Source: Sanchytrium tribonematis
Taxonomy: Eukaryota
Length of the DNA: 64,000 nucleotides
NCBI GenBank assembly: GCA_018985235.1
Contig: JADGIG010000007.1
Coordinates: 1 to 64,000 of the forward strand
Reading direction: 5' to 3'
Shown here: positions 21,801-32,845 of the stretch, piece after piece
How positions within the stretch are numbered: position 1 is the first letter of the stretch
How the letters are laid out: each line of letters opens with the position of its first letter
The notes under the pieces: generated by a model
The model's database searches: none
The model's input: the letters and a program-made list of their open reading frames with translations, nothing else
What the model was told of the DNA's origin: nothing
Translations under genes and position numbers: made by a program

Positions 21801-22861
21801 GTCAGCCAAAAGCAGTTATTATAAAAGCTATTGGTGATAAATCTGATACCTTAAGTAAAGGTGACACATGCAGAGTAAAAGTCACAAAAAAGAGTGGTGT
21901 CAAAATTCAAGTAGACCTTTGCACAGATTTGAATATACAAGAGACCGTAGAAATAAGCGAATCTGAATCTGAAATGGAAATTGATTTACCTACTTTAGAC
22001 CAAAATGTAAAGGTATCTAAGAATTTGCCAGAATTGCAACATGAATTCACATCAAGGCCTTTTGTTGAAAATCCAGAGTTTGAGAAAAGATTGATTGAAA
22101 ACCCTAATGATTCCATGATTTGGTTGGAATATATGGCTTTTGTTTTAAAAACATCCAGTATGGAGAACGCACGTCTATTAGCAAAGCGAGCCTTAAAATC
22201 AATTAATTTTAGGGAGGAATCAGAGACTTATAATATACATGTTGCCATTCTAAATATGGAATTGGAATTTGGTTCCAAAGCTTCTTTTGAAGAGGCTCTG
22301 AAATCCAGTTTGCTCGTAAATAGTCATAAACTGATTTTACTTCATTGTATGTCAGTGTGTTTAAAAATGCAAAAGTACGAATTTATTGAAAATTTAATTT
22401 CAATGATTTTAAAAGAGTATAAGCAAAGTTGCAAGGTTTGGATTAAAATCATCGAATATTATTTTGTTGTTGATCTTAAACGAGCAAGACTAGAATTACA
22501 GCGATCTTTGAAGAGTTTGCCGAAACACAAGCACATCAAAATTATTCAAAAGTTTGCACAAATGGAATTTCAGAACGGCGATCCTGAAAGAGCCAGAACT
22601 ATTCTAGAGGGAATTTTAAATGAATATCCCAAAAGATTGGATCTATGGAGTATCTATGTCGATATGGAAATTAAGGGGAAACACTACGAGCAAGCTAGGC
22701 AAGTGTTTGACAAAATGCTGAGAATACAATTTAAGCCAAAGCAAATGAAATTCATTTTTTCCAAAAACCTGAAGTTTGAGCAAGATCATGGATCTAAAAC
22801 TTCAATTGCAAAAGTACAGCAGAAAGCAGCTGATTATGTTAAAGAAGTAAATATGAAATAA
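18809..22861 (+). CDS. RRP5: rRNA biogenesis protein Rrp5 (S1 repeats + HAT/TPR)
   Basis: FEKRLIENPNDSMIWLEYMAF, INFREE.E, GDPERARTI.EG...PKRLDLW. Confidence 0.92.
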   Translation: MQSATIVQKLDYGYLVKIEDENELFLDSKQTYSLNASINVYKLGEKCVDHCVVEKQLCEGFVVAKNKKGCYVVDNKELIIVGPGDVEKYAGVMVSKFGDYFVGRLIVNKGKILSDTKSESVKMEIQSINLNSLELFEPQVDPKNAVIVEKYVNFCKEFSLSVLSSEKIQFFASKSIDRNIKCFSHNMKYGLLLDNTQFHKFNEVCRGIPCTFQVSEICFQKKKKAGHWCKIGEFKAFLPIHHSVDNIKIDDTYEGKIWDIQQDIIVVSLKNISSIKFSTLSDVKQYALSKDSIDVVVRAAETGRVQVDYFGIRSWIDGKHKLGNTISCVATGTLDNVHFRNIWSEVPVIPMTRGFQCEGRLFEDNVWTKDVIYKESRIGLYGPPLIVKPLIFEQRPLEIGYIFPFWIQKIDNNSLHLLSWHDSRLVKGIAFKRNISEYFISNLNMFKCGQTVLACIEELNEHGYVVSLKWHKIVESVGKLGFESKVVELINGIPDYVLSKLVMLPRNLVGTEVNCQLIKTVASGLHVQFMLEDSRKEGFIATSRIPTEGNFECVIINHDTPLFDLILKEEYSSKRKSSKHATVLSIKSDYAICIDEQGQIGYTPTRNFNYALQHGLSPGKVIQIESQIHSGVNIYKISIVNHKRAKADEFKLINPIDNITNLKANQLIKVKVTQVKQLQVHVKIADNLFGRILGNFAVSEPTLQLKNIYKKDDTILVKIITTRDNKSGRYLPLSHVNSFRGSMLECSIPGAPEFDFDSPQLEINRQYLVSVAEIMEDKFMVQIIPGKKALVYDIGYSGDINKLQIGQILQLTLSYMRNDKLYMSDVKNRAKIMADKTLEYQVLLSYGETGFLHKCHSHSLEIGSIVDVTSKTMHKSRLFINTKSEPIEVGLTCHGIVKNIQNNGVFVQICHDKVGRVKIKDLSDDYVKDWKSLVSLYQSVQVKVVKMEAENIDLSMKSSDIYNVNLDNYFDMINIEAIFKAKVLNITNNHIFYNIQLGQPKAVIIKAIGDKSDTLSKGDTCRVKVTKKSGVKIQVDLCTDLNIQETVEISESESEMEIDLPTLDQNVKVSKNLPELQHEFTSRPFVENPEFEKRLIENPNDSMIWLEYMAFVLKTSSMENARLLAKRALKSINFREESETYNIHVAILNMELEFGSKASFEEALKSSLLVNSHKLILLHCMSVCLKMQKYEFIENLISMILKEYKQSCKVWIKIIEYYFVVDLKRARLELQRSLKSLPKHKHIKIIQKFAQMEFQNGDPERARTILEGILNEYPKRLDLWSIYVDMEIKGKHYEQARQVFDKMLRIQFKPKQMKFIFSKNLKFEQDHGSKTSIAKVQQKAADYVKEVNMK

Positions 22862-22952
22862 GTTATTAAATCCTTAAACTTAAATTTTACTAGTCGTCAA
22901 AAAGGACCAAATTGACTAGTTTTTGAAGATGAAAAAGAGAACAATCATAAAT

Positions 22953-24027
22953 TTATTGTTTCAAACATTCAATAAAATTTGAAAAGAATCTAGTAAAGCC
23001 AGTATCTCTATGCTCATTCAAGCCTCGAAATCTGCGTCTCACAAAAGTATTGATGAGAAGCTGGGAGTCGAACCCATCATTTTGAAACACAGAATACAAC
23101 ATTTCGGCCTCTGCATCTACCAATTCCCTATTTGTGGTAACCTGAAATATATGGACCAAATCGGTTTTTGTTATTTTATCAGAATTTTTACTCTACATGA
23201 ATAAAAAATACTTTTGAAAAAAGTTTAATAGCATAATTAAATTCATCAATATTACTTAGTGCTTCATTAAAAGACAAGAACTCGTCTAATTTCATTTTAA
23301 AATTTGATTCAGGTAGTTTCTGAATTCTTTCACCTAACTCAATTTGTTTGGTTGGATGTGCATAATTAGTTATAATGTAAGCAAAATCTTTTAAATTTAT
23401 AGTCCCATTTTTGCTGTACAAGTCAAATTCTATTTTTAGTAAATCTGATTTAATAGATTTAACAAAGTTTTCAAAATCTCTAAATTTAACAACGTCCGTG
23501 TCACCAAAAAGACTCTTTATCACATCAGTTGGATGAACAGCTTGTTTGGATCCAATTCTCTGAGAAAATCCTGCGCTTTGTCTTGAAAATGTCAAAAGCA
23601 TTTCTTGTAATTCTTCGTCATCTACACCACCAGAATTATTTTTGTCAAACAAATTGAACGCACTTTTTAGACTTCTCAGAGGTATTGTCAATAAAGAAAG
23701 GTAGAATACATATTCGTCAAAACTTATCTTTCCATCTTTGTTTAAGTCTGCCAATAAAAGTGAAGAAGTTTTAGGTATATTAATTTTCGTATTTCTTGTT
23801 ACATGATCCTTACTGTTGTATGGAATTAAAGATCTAACAAAGTCTTCCATAGTCATATATTCGTTATTGAGACTGGCAAAATATTGAAATACTTTTAAAG
23901 GATGGCTGTAGGCTCTAACTCTATTTTCGTAATTTCCGAGTATTTGCTCCCGGTATCCATCGCACTGGACGACAAGTCCACCTAAAGCCAATGCTCCAAA
24001 TCCTTTTCGTAAAATTGGTCGAAACAT
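22953..24027 (-). CDS. MICU1: Mitochondrial calcium uptake protein (EF-hand); exons 24027-23212 and 23192-22953
   Basis: YENRVRAYSHP.KVFQYFAS, MT.EDFVRS, EF hands; spliced C-terminus RGL....DTGFTR. Confidence 0.9.
23193..23211 (-). other. 19-nt intron (MICU1), phase 0
   Basis: gtattttttattcatgtag; joins the two ORFs in frame. Confidence 0.88.
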
Positions 24028-24197
24028 GCAATCCGCGTTTCACTCGAATTCCTAATTACGCTTGTATTCTAAAACTATGGCGCAGAATTGTAATACCATT
24101 CGCTTACATTATTCTGCCGTGTCGATCTAAAAATTTTTTGATCGCCTGAAAGCCAATAATTTTATTAACGCGAATTCCTGAAACAGCTAACTTTTAA

Positions 24198-27159
24198 ATG
24201 TCTTTTCAACTCAGAGCTCTCACGCGAAAGCAACTGATTCAAGAAAAAAGAAGATGGAAAACAAGTTTATGTTGCGTTGGTTTATGTCCGTTTTTGATGG
24301 TTTTGATCGCAGGTGGAGTAGGTATATTTCTCCAACAATTACTGGCCAGCCAATTGAAATACCAGGAAACCTTGGTATGCTCAAATAGCAATGCTACTGA
24401 TTCCAATGGCTTGTATACCCAGGCTGGTGTGACTTTGGATAAATCAAAAGTTTATGGTGCTACGATCGATGTAATTGCTACAAATTATTACACTGCCCCA
24501 TTTAAATTTTCAAAGAATGGTCCACCAACTGGTGGATCCCAAAGTAGCTGTGTTCGATGGCATACCCAAAATACGCCAGATCAATTCCCTTACAGTAGAC
24601 AAACCAATCAAAGTACATGGTTGGCTGGTGGTGATACATTATTTATACCCGCACCAGCTGGCGGGTGGCTTAATGTTCAGAAATTCGCAAACCAAACCTA
24701 TGCTTTTAAATTGACGCAGTTGCAAACCTATCCTTGGTGGATTGTATCAGGTGATGATCAAGCAAAACTTGGATCAAGAGGTAGCCGACAATATTCGTTT
24801 ACAAATGTATCCGACTTTACAGCAACCAATCCACCTAGTAGAAATGATGCTTCTGGCATTTTTAAAACTATGGGTGAACAGGTTTACATTAATGTTGATA
24901 CGACGAATAAAACCAATCCATTTAGTTATTATGGTGTACCGTTTGCCAAGACAAGCAGTGGAAGTGTTAGCGAGGTAGATGATGCTTTTCAGGCTATCAT
25001 AGCTGATGTACTGGATAAGATCTCCAGAGTTGTAGACAAACCTGACAGTCCAACTTTCCAATCTGATCGATCAATTGCAGACAGAATTAAAATTCAAACA
25101 TCCGCCAACAAGATCGTTCAATCATTACCATGGGGAACTATGATTGTTAATTCTTTTATTCCGAATTCGGTTGTGGATATGGTGCTTCAAGTGGGACATG
25201 ATACGCGAATTGACCAAGCTGCACAGTATACCTCATTAGGACTTCGAAGATTTATGAGTTGGGCTTATGTTGCTCAAGGTGCATTGAAACAAATCGACAA
25301 TTCAGCAGATTTGAATCACGGAATTAGAAACTTTCCGCAATTGGTTAACAACAAAATTGATTTCAATTTTGATTCCTTTTTAGCGGATATCCTATTTCCT
25401 TTTGCTCTTTCCTTTTTGTTCCCTATTTTTGTAGTTACTCTCGTTCGTGAGAAAGAGGACCGTATTGCAATTATGATGAAAATGAATGGGTTAAAGACAA
25501 GCACGTATTATTTCACTCATGCCATCACTTTCTTCATTTTGCATGTTTTGGCATGCGTCGTCTTCACGGTGACTGGTATTGCATTTCGACTAAAGTTTTT
25601 TGTTAATACTGACCCTGGTGTTTATATCTTGTTGTTCTTATTTTGGGGTCTCGTTCAAATTGCAATGGCATTTTTCTTTGCAACAATTTTCGATAAAAGT
25701 CGTCTAAGTCTGATTGTTTCTTTCTTCACCGTGTTGGTTAATATTATTATTAGCTTGGCTTTGGATAGATTGCAAGTCAACGGATACAATACGTTCTTTT
25801 TTATATGGCCACCATTTGCATTTTATAGAGCACTATCGTTGATAAATGCTGGGAGCTACGATTCAGATCTCACTCCTTATACGCTTGCTAATGCAAATCC
25901 CCCTGACAATGTTGGGCTGGCCTTGATTGCATTGAGCTTAGAAACCATTGCTTATATATTTATGGCTTATTATGCAAGTCAAGTTCTCCCATCAGAATTT
26001 GGAACTCAGAAACCTTGGTATTTTCCTTTCGAGTATCTGAAAAATAAAATGAAGAAGAATTCAACCACGGAGGAGGGTACATATACTGCGATAGAAATTG
26101 ATGATAAGGAGTTAACCCAAGAAGACAATGACGTCAAAAATGAAAGAGCGAGAATTGATAAGGGTGAATATGATCCTGAATGTCCACTAATCGTCAAACA
26201 TATGAGAAAGGTTTATCCGAATGGAAAGCTTGCTGTGCGCGATGTCACTTTCGCTGTTGAAAAGAACAGCATTATGGGATTACTTGGGCCAAATGGTGCA
26301 GGAAAAAGTACTTTAATAAGCATTTTAACTGGACTTTATCCACCCAGTCATGGTCAAGCCAAATTAGGCGGCTTTGACATTCACACAGAACAAGACAAGG
26401 TCTTTCAAGTTACTGGTATTTGCCCACAACATGATATATTGTGGCCTGATCTTACGGTGGAAGAACATCTTTACTTTTATGCTAGATTAAAGGGAGTTCC
26501 ACCAGCTAAGGAAAAGGAAGCTGTTACGACTGCTATTGAAAGTGTGAAACTAGCAGCTTTTACCAAAAGACAAAGTGGTGGACTTAGTGGTGGCGAAAAG
26601 CGTAGGTTGAGTATCGCCATTAGTCTGATTGGAGACCCTAGAATTATATTTCTAGATGAGCCAACAACTGGTATATAATTTTTACTTAGGACTGGATCCA
26701 GAAGTTAGAAGAATTATTTGGGATATCATTAGTAAAGCAAGACACGGTAGAACTGTCATTTTAACAACTCACAGTATGGAAGAAGCGGAAAGTCTTTGTC
26801 AAAGAATTGGGATCATGGCAAATGGTAGTATGAGATGTATTGGTGCTCAAGCCAGATTAAAGCAGCAATATGGTAGTGGGTTCCGTATTACATTCAGTAT
26901 GAAAGCGGAGCACCATACTGAAGCTACTGAATTTGTCAAGTCGCTTTTAAAAGAAACGGGATTTCAAATTTTAGATGATTTTGACACATTATGCAATTAC
27001 GAGTTTCCATATTCTCCCGGGATTGTTAGTCATCTTTTTGAGAAAATGGGTGATTCCAAAGAGCATTTCATAGTGGATTGGGGAATTAGTCAAACCAGTC
27101 TTGAGGATGTCTTTCTTCGAATCGTAAAAGAAAGCGACGCAGCAGCTTATGCAGATTAA
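24198..27159 (+). CDS. ABCA-family half transporter (980 aa); exons 24198-26670 and 26690-27159
   Basis: LVREKE..MKMNGL, GPNGAGKST, CPQHDILW, LSGGEKRRL; spliced DEPTTGLDP; LTTHSMEEAE. Confidence 0.93.
26671..26689 (+). other. 19-nt intron (ABCA), phase 1
   Basis: gtatataatttttacttag; restores DEPTT-G-LDP. Confidence 0.96.
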
Positions 27160-27169
27160 AATAATAAAT

Positions 27170-28489
27170 TTATTTCAAAAAAATTATTGTTTCTTCGAGT
27201 TCGTCCTTTATTTTGCTAGATTGTTTGTCGTATTCATCTGGCCCGAGAGACTCTTCAAAGCATCTTAAAAAAGTAGATAGATTCGACAATCTTAAGTCTA
27301 AGAAATATTCCCTGACATGTAAATTTGTCGAGGCAGCAATTTCAACAAAATTAAACTGGATATTCAAATCAAAGTCGATTTCTAGTTCTTTTAAAATTGC
27401 ATCTGCTTTAGATTTTTGTCCAAGCTCATAAGAATTACAAAAAATTTCAGCTTGTGATATGTTGTGGTAAACATGGAGCTCTATCCATTCTGTGATTGAC
27501 TTGATATAGCACAACGATTGCGAAACTGCTTCCATAAAAACTAATTTGATTAAATTATCACAGGGTAACTTTTGTCGACAAGTTTTCCATCTTTCAAATG
27601 ATTTGCGAGTTTCTTCAATGATTTCGACACTTCTGTAAATTTTCTGTAATTTATCATCGGATTTAAGCTTTTTGGCGAAATTATAGAAGGTGGTGAAGTC
27701 CTTTTTAAGTGTGGTGCACCATTGCTTTTTCCATATCAAACAATTAAGGATTAGTTCACTTTGCAAATCAGCGTTTGCTTTGATGTGATCAAATAATGTT
27801 CGGCCTTGTATTATAATTTCATTTTCTGATTCAATGAGAAATTTTGACATAGCATTGAATGTACCCTTTACATTAGCACCTCCAGGAGACTTTTCTATGA
27901 TTGCAAGTATCGACTTGAAAATCGAGGAATGCATCTCCGTCATATTTCTTTTCTGAGATAAGCACAAATCTTGTAAGTCGGACAGTGCACTAGCTTTTGT
28001 TTCAATTTCATGCATTTTGTGCATAATGTGGTGTTCTTCTAAAATCTCGAATGACTTTATCGAATGGTTTATATTGTTGTTTAAATTGCGGAGCTTTTCA
28101 AACTTCTTTTTATTATTCGAATCAATCTCTCTAGAATTTTTGAAATTTTTTTCAGATATTCGAAGTTTTTCTATTAAATTGCAAATTAAAAAATCTTGAA
28201 TTTCAAAAACTGTTGAAAAAAGTTGCTCTAAGCAAGAGGAAATTTCCCCAAATAACGATTTGGATTTTTGATAGTCTGTGTATAAGAAAGTCGATTGGAA
28301 TATTTCAAGGCTTGATAAGAACAAGTCAGGCAATTCACATTTTTTTAATAAATTCGAATCTACGAACCTTTTCATTATATTGAGCCTATGCACTTCTATT
28401 GGATTTAAGGATTTTTTGTCCATTAATGCACCGAAATCGATAAATTTGATTTTTCCGATTTCACTAGTAAAAGTTGGAGGAATTGACAT
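27170..28489 (-). CDS. Hypothetical helical/coiled-coil protein
   Basis: Long ORF, first ATG at 28489; no recognised motif. Confidence 0.6.
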   Translation of the reverse strand: MSIPPTFTSEIGKIKFIDFGALMDKKSLNPIEVHRLNIMKRFVDSNLLKKCELPDLFLSSLEIFQSTFLYTDYQKSKSLFGEISSCLEQLFSTVFEIQDFLICNLIEKLRISEKNFKNSREIDSNNKKKFEKLRNLNNNINHSIKSFEILEEHHIMHKMHEIETKASALSDLQDLCLSQKRNMTEMHSSIFKSILAIIEKSPGGANVKGTFNAMSKFLIESENEIIIQGRTLFDHIKANADLQSELILNCLIWKKQWCTTLKKDFTTFYNFAKKLKSDDKLQKIYRSVEIIEETRKSFERWKTCRQKLPCDNLIKLVFMEAVSQSLCYIKSITEWIELHVYHNISQAEIFCNSYELGQKSKADAILKELEIDFDLNIQFNFVEIAASTNLHVREYFLDLRLSNLSTFLRCFEESLGPDEYDKQSSKIKDELEETIIFLK

Positions 28490-28649
28490 TTGGCCGAGAC
28501 CAAATTTCAAGTTTTCACGATAGAAATGCAAATTACTTATAATTCAAATGCGAGATGCTTAGCAATTGATAAGTCATGAACGTCCTGAAATTTCAAGAGC
28601 TAAAGATTGAAAATTCGTACGAATAAAAATAATTTTTATTATTTTTTGA

Positions 28650-28935
<286 letters not shown>

Positions 28936-28952
28936 ACGTTTATAAATCTATT

Positions 28953-29237
28953 TTAATTTCGTAATTGTTCATAGTTAGAGTCCATATAGTCTTCTTTAAA
29001 TATTTTAAACAATGATGTGATGACTAAAATTGTTGTTAGAATTATGAACGTACTAATTATAATTTCATCTTTAAGGCTTTCCCTATGAAAACATTCGCCC
29101 ATTAGCTGAGGAATGTCGGTATTGTTTTGAAAATGGTTACAATCTGGCTGTTGTAAACATAGCATCTTGTCACAGCTGTCACAATTATGAACTGGAACCG
29201 TCACAGTTTTTGGGAAACATGTACATAAACAATGCAT
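28953..29237 (-). CDS. Small Cys-rich membrane protein of a conserved fungal uncharacterised type
   Basis: CxCxC, C..C...C, CFHRES.KD followed by a transmembrane segment. Confidence 0.7.
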   Translation of the reverse strand: MHCLCTCFPKTVTVPVHNCDSCDKMLCLQQPDCNHFQNNTDIPQLMGECFHRESLKDEIIISTFIILTTILVITSLFKIFKEDYMDSNYEQLRN

Positions 29238-29259
29238 TTCAAGGAGTCAATTGAAGAAT

Positions 29260-29523
29260 TTATTTTAATTTCTCGTACAATGCAAATATGTAACCATTTT
29301 TCTTGGCAATATGTATCGGTTGGTCACCAAAAATGGAAACGCTTAAAGTGCTACTATTTTTTACCAAGGCCGAACTTGCGTGCATAATAGACGAGATAAA
29401 TGGAGCACTTGGATTAGGTATTGATTTCGACTGATAGATTATGTGGCCATCGTCATCACAAATTAAAACACTCTGTGATTGCTGTTCATATTCTTTTGCC
29501 AATTGCGTAATGTCAGGTTTCAT
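29260..29523 (-). CDS. Roadblock-fold protein, LAMTOR5-like (Ragulator)
   Basis: 87 aa; VLICDDDG, A.FIS.I, I.K.NG...A pattern resembling LAMTOR5. Confidence 0.55.
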   Translation of the reverse strand: MKPDITQLAKEYEQQSQSVLICDDDGHIIYQSKSIPNPSAPFISSIMHASSALVKNSSTLSVSIFGDQPIHIAKKNGYIFALYEKLK

Positions 29524-29646
29524 CCATAAAATAATTTAAAATCTAGAGGAACCTTAATTAAGCACTCATTTTTTCCAGGATTTTAAAATTGACAAGAATT
29601 TCTGAAATGAATAAAATATGCATTTATCATTGGAAAATTTTTTGGC

Positions 29647-29652
29647 CACGTG
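29647..29652. promoter_or_regulatory. E-box CACGTG upstream of SAH1
   Basis: CCACGTGT about 36 bp upstream of ATG 29688. Confidence 0.35.
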
Positions 29653-29687
29653 TTTTGATATATCTTGAGCGCGAATCACTCCTTGAA

Positions 29688-31011
29688 ATGGCAAATCAAA
29701 CTTATAAAGTCAAAGATATTAACCAATGGGAATATGGTCGAAAAGAAATCGAAATCGCAGAAAACGAAATGCCTGGTTTAATGGCAATCCGAAATAAGTA
29801 TGCTAAAGAACAACCTCTGAAAGGAGCAAGAATTGCGGGATGTCTTCATATGACCATCCAAACAGCAGTCTTAATTGAAACTTTAGTTGCCCTGGGTGCT
29901 GAGGTCACTTGGTCCTCATGTAACATTTACTCCACGCAAGACCATGCTGCTGCTGCAATCGCTAAGACAGGAGTACCAGTTTTTGCTTGGAAAGGTGAAA
30001 CCGATGAAGAGTACTTGTGGTGTATTGAACAATCTTTGCTTTCATTTAAGGATGGTAAGCCTCTCAATATGATCTTGGATGATGGTGGGGATTTGACCCA
30101 ATTGGTTCACGACAAATATCCTCAATTAATGAAGGACGTTAAAGGTGTATCTGAAGAAACCACAACTGGTGTACACAACTTGTACAAGATGTTTAAAAAG
30201 GGTCAATTAAGATGTCCTGCTATAAATGTTAATGACTCTGTCACAAAAAGCAAATTTGACAATCTTTATGGCTGTCGTGAGTCTTTGATTGATGGGATCA
30301 AAAGAGCCACTGATGTCATGATTGCTGGTAAAACAGCCGTTGTTGCTGGATATGGTGATGTTGGAAAAGGATGCGCAATGGCCTTGAGAGGTATGGGTGC
30401 TAGAGTTCTTATTACTGAAATCGATCCGATTAATGCATTGCAAGCAGCTATGGAAGGATATAAGATCATGACTATGGAGGAAGCTGTTAAAGAAGCTCAA
30501 ATTGTTGTAACAACTACTGTATCTATTAATAATTTAGGGGTGTAGAGATATTGTCACTGCTAAGCACTTTGAAGCTTTGCAAGACGACTCAATTGTCTGC
30601 AACATTGGGCATTTTGATATTGAAATCGATGTCGCATGGTTGAAAAAGAATGCTAAATCAGTTTCTAATATTAAACCGCAAGTTGATCGATACACTCTAG
30701 CCAACGGAAAGAGAATCATTTTACTTGCTGACGGAAGACTTGTTAATCTCGGATGTGCCACTGGACATCCATCTTTTGTCATGTCAAATTCATTTTGCAA
30801 TCAAGTTCTTGCTCAAATTGCATTATGGAAAGCGCAACCTGGAGATTATGCTATTGGAGTGCATGTCTTACCAAAACATTTGGATGAAGAGGTTGCTAGA
30901 TTGCATTTGGAGAAATTGGGAATGAAATTGACAAAATTGTCTGATGTACAAGCTGAATACTTGGGAATCCCTCAAGAAGGCCCTTACAAGCCAGATCACT
31001 ATAGATATTAG
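29688..31011 (+). CDS. SAH1: S-adenosylhomocysteine hydrolase; exons 29688-30518 and 30538-31011
   Basis: [30 protein letters not shown], spliced VTTTGCRD, C-terminal PYKPDHYRY. Confidence 0.98.
30519..30537 (+). other. 19-nt intron (SAH1), phase 0
   Basis: gtatctattaataatttag; restores VTTT|GCRDI. Confidence 0.96.
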
Positions 31012-31045
31012 TAAATTTTATCAAGCAATGCTTTACTTAAAAAAT

Positions 31046-31757
31046 TCAAAAGAGCCAACTACCAATGAGAAAACTCATTACCATTAGTACTAAGACCATA
31101 GACATAGGTATACCTTTTTGCTCAACTTGTTTGTATACTTTGGGTGATTTAGGGGACGAAGCTGAAGATTTGGCGAGTTGTGCCTTATAATCTTCAATTT
31201 TTAATTGCAACTCTAAAACTATATAAATGATGACTACCTTCATCTTCTGACCTTTCTGTTTTGCTAGTAGTATTAGTATTCCTTTGAGTTGCTATGTTAT
31301 TTTGGGACAGAGCGGTTGTGACTGCAGCGTCTTTACTTGGAACCATATTGGATTTTGGAATTGTCAAAGCTGGAGAAGTTGTCGGATTGATAGTTTTTGG
31401 CTGTAAAGTGTTACTTGCAGAATCGGGAGATGGCTCTGACTTTTCAATATCTAGAAATTTAACTCTTAATTTATGCTCGTGTGAGGTTCCATCATCCCAT
31501 AATTTGGACCTTGTAGACATTATTAAAAATTTATCTTTATGGCTAGATGGTGGGTGATAGTCTATGGAAATCTCAATGTTAGATTTGGGAGGTATTTCGC
31601 CGCTTGCAGGCTTGACTGTGTATGTTTTTGGAGCAGTGGTGCGTACTTTAAAATGAACAATAGAATCATGTGGATTCTCCAAATTCAAACTAGAGGTTGA
31701 CTCGATGGTGGAATTTCTAAACTCTATATAATGATCCGGTGAAATTGTGAGTGACAT
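31046..31757 (-). CDS. SCS2: VAP/Scs2 (MSP domain + tail anchor); exons 31757-31238 and 31218-31046
   Basis: FKVRTTAPKTYTVKP, KDKFLI, KLRVKF; spliced C-terminal transmembrane segment. Confidence 0.88.
31219..31237 (-). other. 19-nt intron (VAP), phase 1
   Basis: gtagtcatcatttatatag; links the MSP part to the coiled coil and TM tail. Confidence 0.85.
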
Positions 31758-31802
31758 ACAAAGTTTCAAAAAACATCGTAATAAATTTATTCTCACGCTT
31801 AA

Positions 31803-32604
31803 TTAATTTTTCCGCTTCTTTTTGATAATACCCATTTCTAGTTGCAACTCGTATTCATCTTCCTTCTTTCCTATCCTTGAACTAAATTAAAAGAAATTAC
31901 CTTCTGGCTTCCTCCCGCTTAATATCTTCTGCTGTGGCCTCCATATCGTCTAAATCATCATCAGAAAAATAGCTGTAGTTTCTCTTACGCCCATATAAAC
32001 CCTGAACTATATCAGTTATGCTTTCTTCATTGTTTGGGGAAGGTGACATATCAGTATCATTGTGATTTTCATGCTGTTTTTTCGACGAGGTATCTTTATA
32101 AATTTGAGTCTTCGTTGGTCTGTCTTTAAAAGCGTAATCAACTTGAGGAGGAATCCTTTTTTCGATGTCCCTATTAGGATTCACTTTTTGCTCTATTTTT
32201 TTCTTGTTCAAAATGGTCTTTTCTTTTAGTATTTCATCATAATGGTCATCCTCGTCTGGTATTGACTGCAAAATTTCTTTGGGCTTGGGTGGAGGGAGGT
32301 ATTCCCCTTTTTCCAATTTCCGCTCTAATTCTTTCTTGTCAACAATATGAAAAGACTCAATCGGCTGACTTAGATTTGAGTTTCCTTTAAGCGCCTCCAT
32401 TAGCTGCTTATCTGTCTCGCTCAATGTAGGTGGTTTAGCTCTTCGAATTTTCGGTTTATTACTTAATTCACCTTTTTCCTTTCTTGGTGGTATATTTACT
32501 GATTTCTTCTTTTGGGGCTGTTGGATCGGCACTTTTTCCTGCTTAATATTTGAAAAGAGTCCATTCATTCTATTCTTGAAGTTTTTCAGTTGATTTGAAG
32601 ACAT
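31803..32604 (-). CDS. SPT2: Spt2-like chromatin protein; exons 32604-31901 and 31881-31803
   Basis: Spliced C-terminus DDMEATAEDIKREEARSSRIGKKEDE. Confidence 0.75.
31882..31900 (-). other. 19-nt intron (SPT2), phase 2
   Basis: gtaatttcttttaatttag; restores EEAR-S-SRIG. Confidence 0.88.
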
Positions 32605-32629
32605 TTTTTGTTTCGTCCCAATATTAAAT

Positions 32630-32812
32630 TTATTTAGATTTTAGTATCTGATAGACCATAGATATTATAGAAAATGACAAGATAAACACGCTGGTGAACC
32701 CAAGAAGCTTTGGTAAAATATTTTCCTGCTTAGTCGCTAAAACTCGTTTAACATCATCAAAGAACATGTTGATCAAAATATGTTTCAGGAATTTTAAGCG
32801 TGACACTTGCAT
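32630..32812 (-). CDS. Small single-TM protein (44-60 aa), unknown
   Basis: Fills the gap between genes; hydrophobic C-terminal helix; GCCAAT about 20 bp upstream. Confidence 0.45.
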   Translation of the reverse strand: MQVSRLKFLKHILINMFFDDVKRVLATKQENILPKLLGFTSVFILSFSIISMVYQILKSK

Positions 32813-32845
32813 CTCATGTAGAAAGCAGTTTATTGGCAGTAGATT

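Noticed and set aside
32630..32812. Small TM ORF as EMRE
   Set aside because: It has no acidic C-terminal tail and no recognisable EMRE motif.
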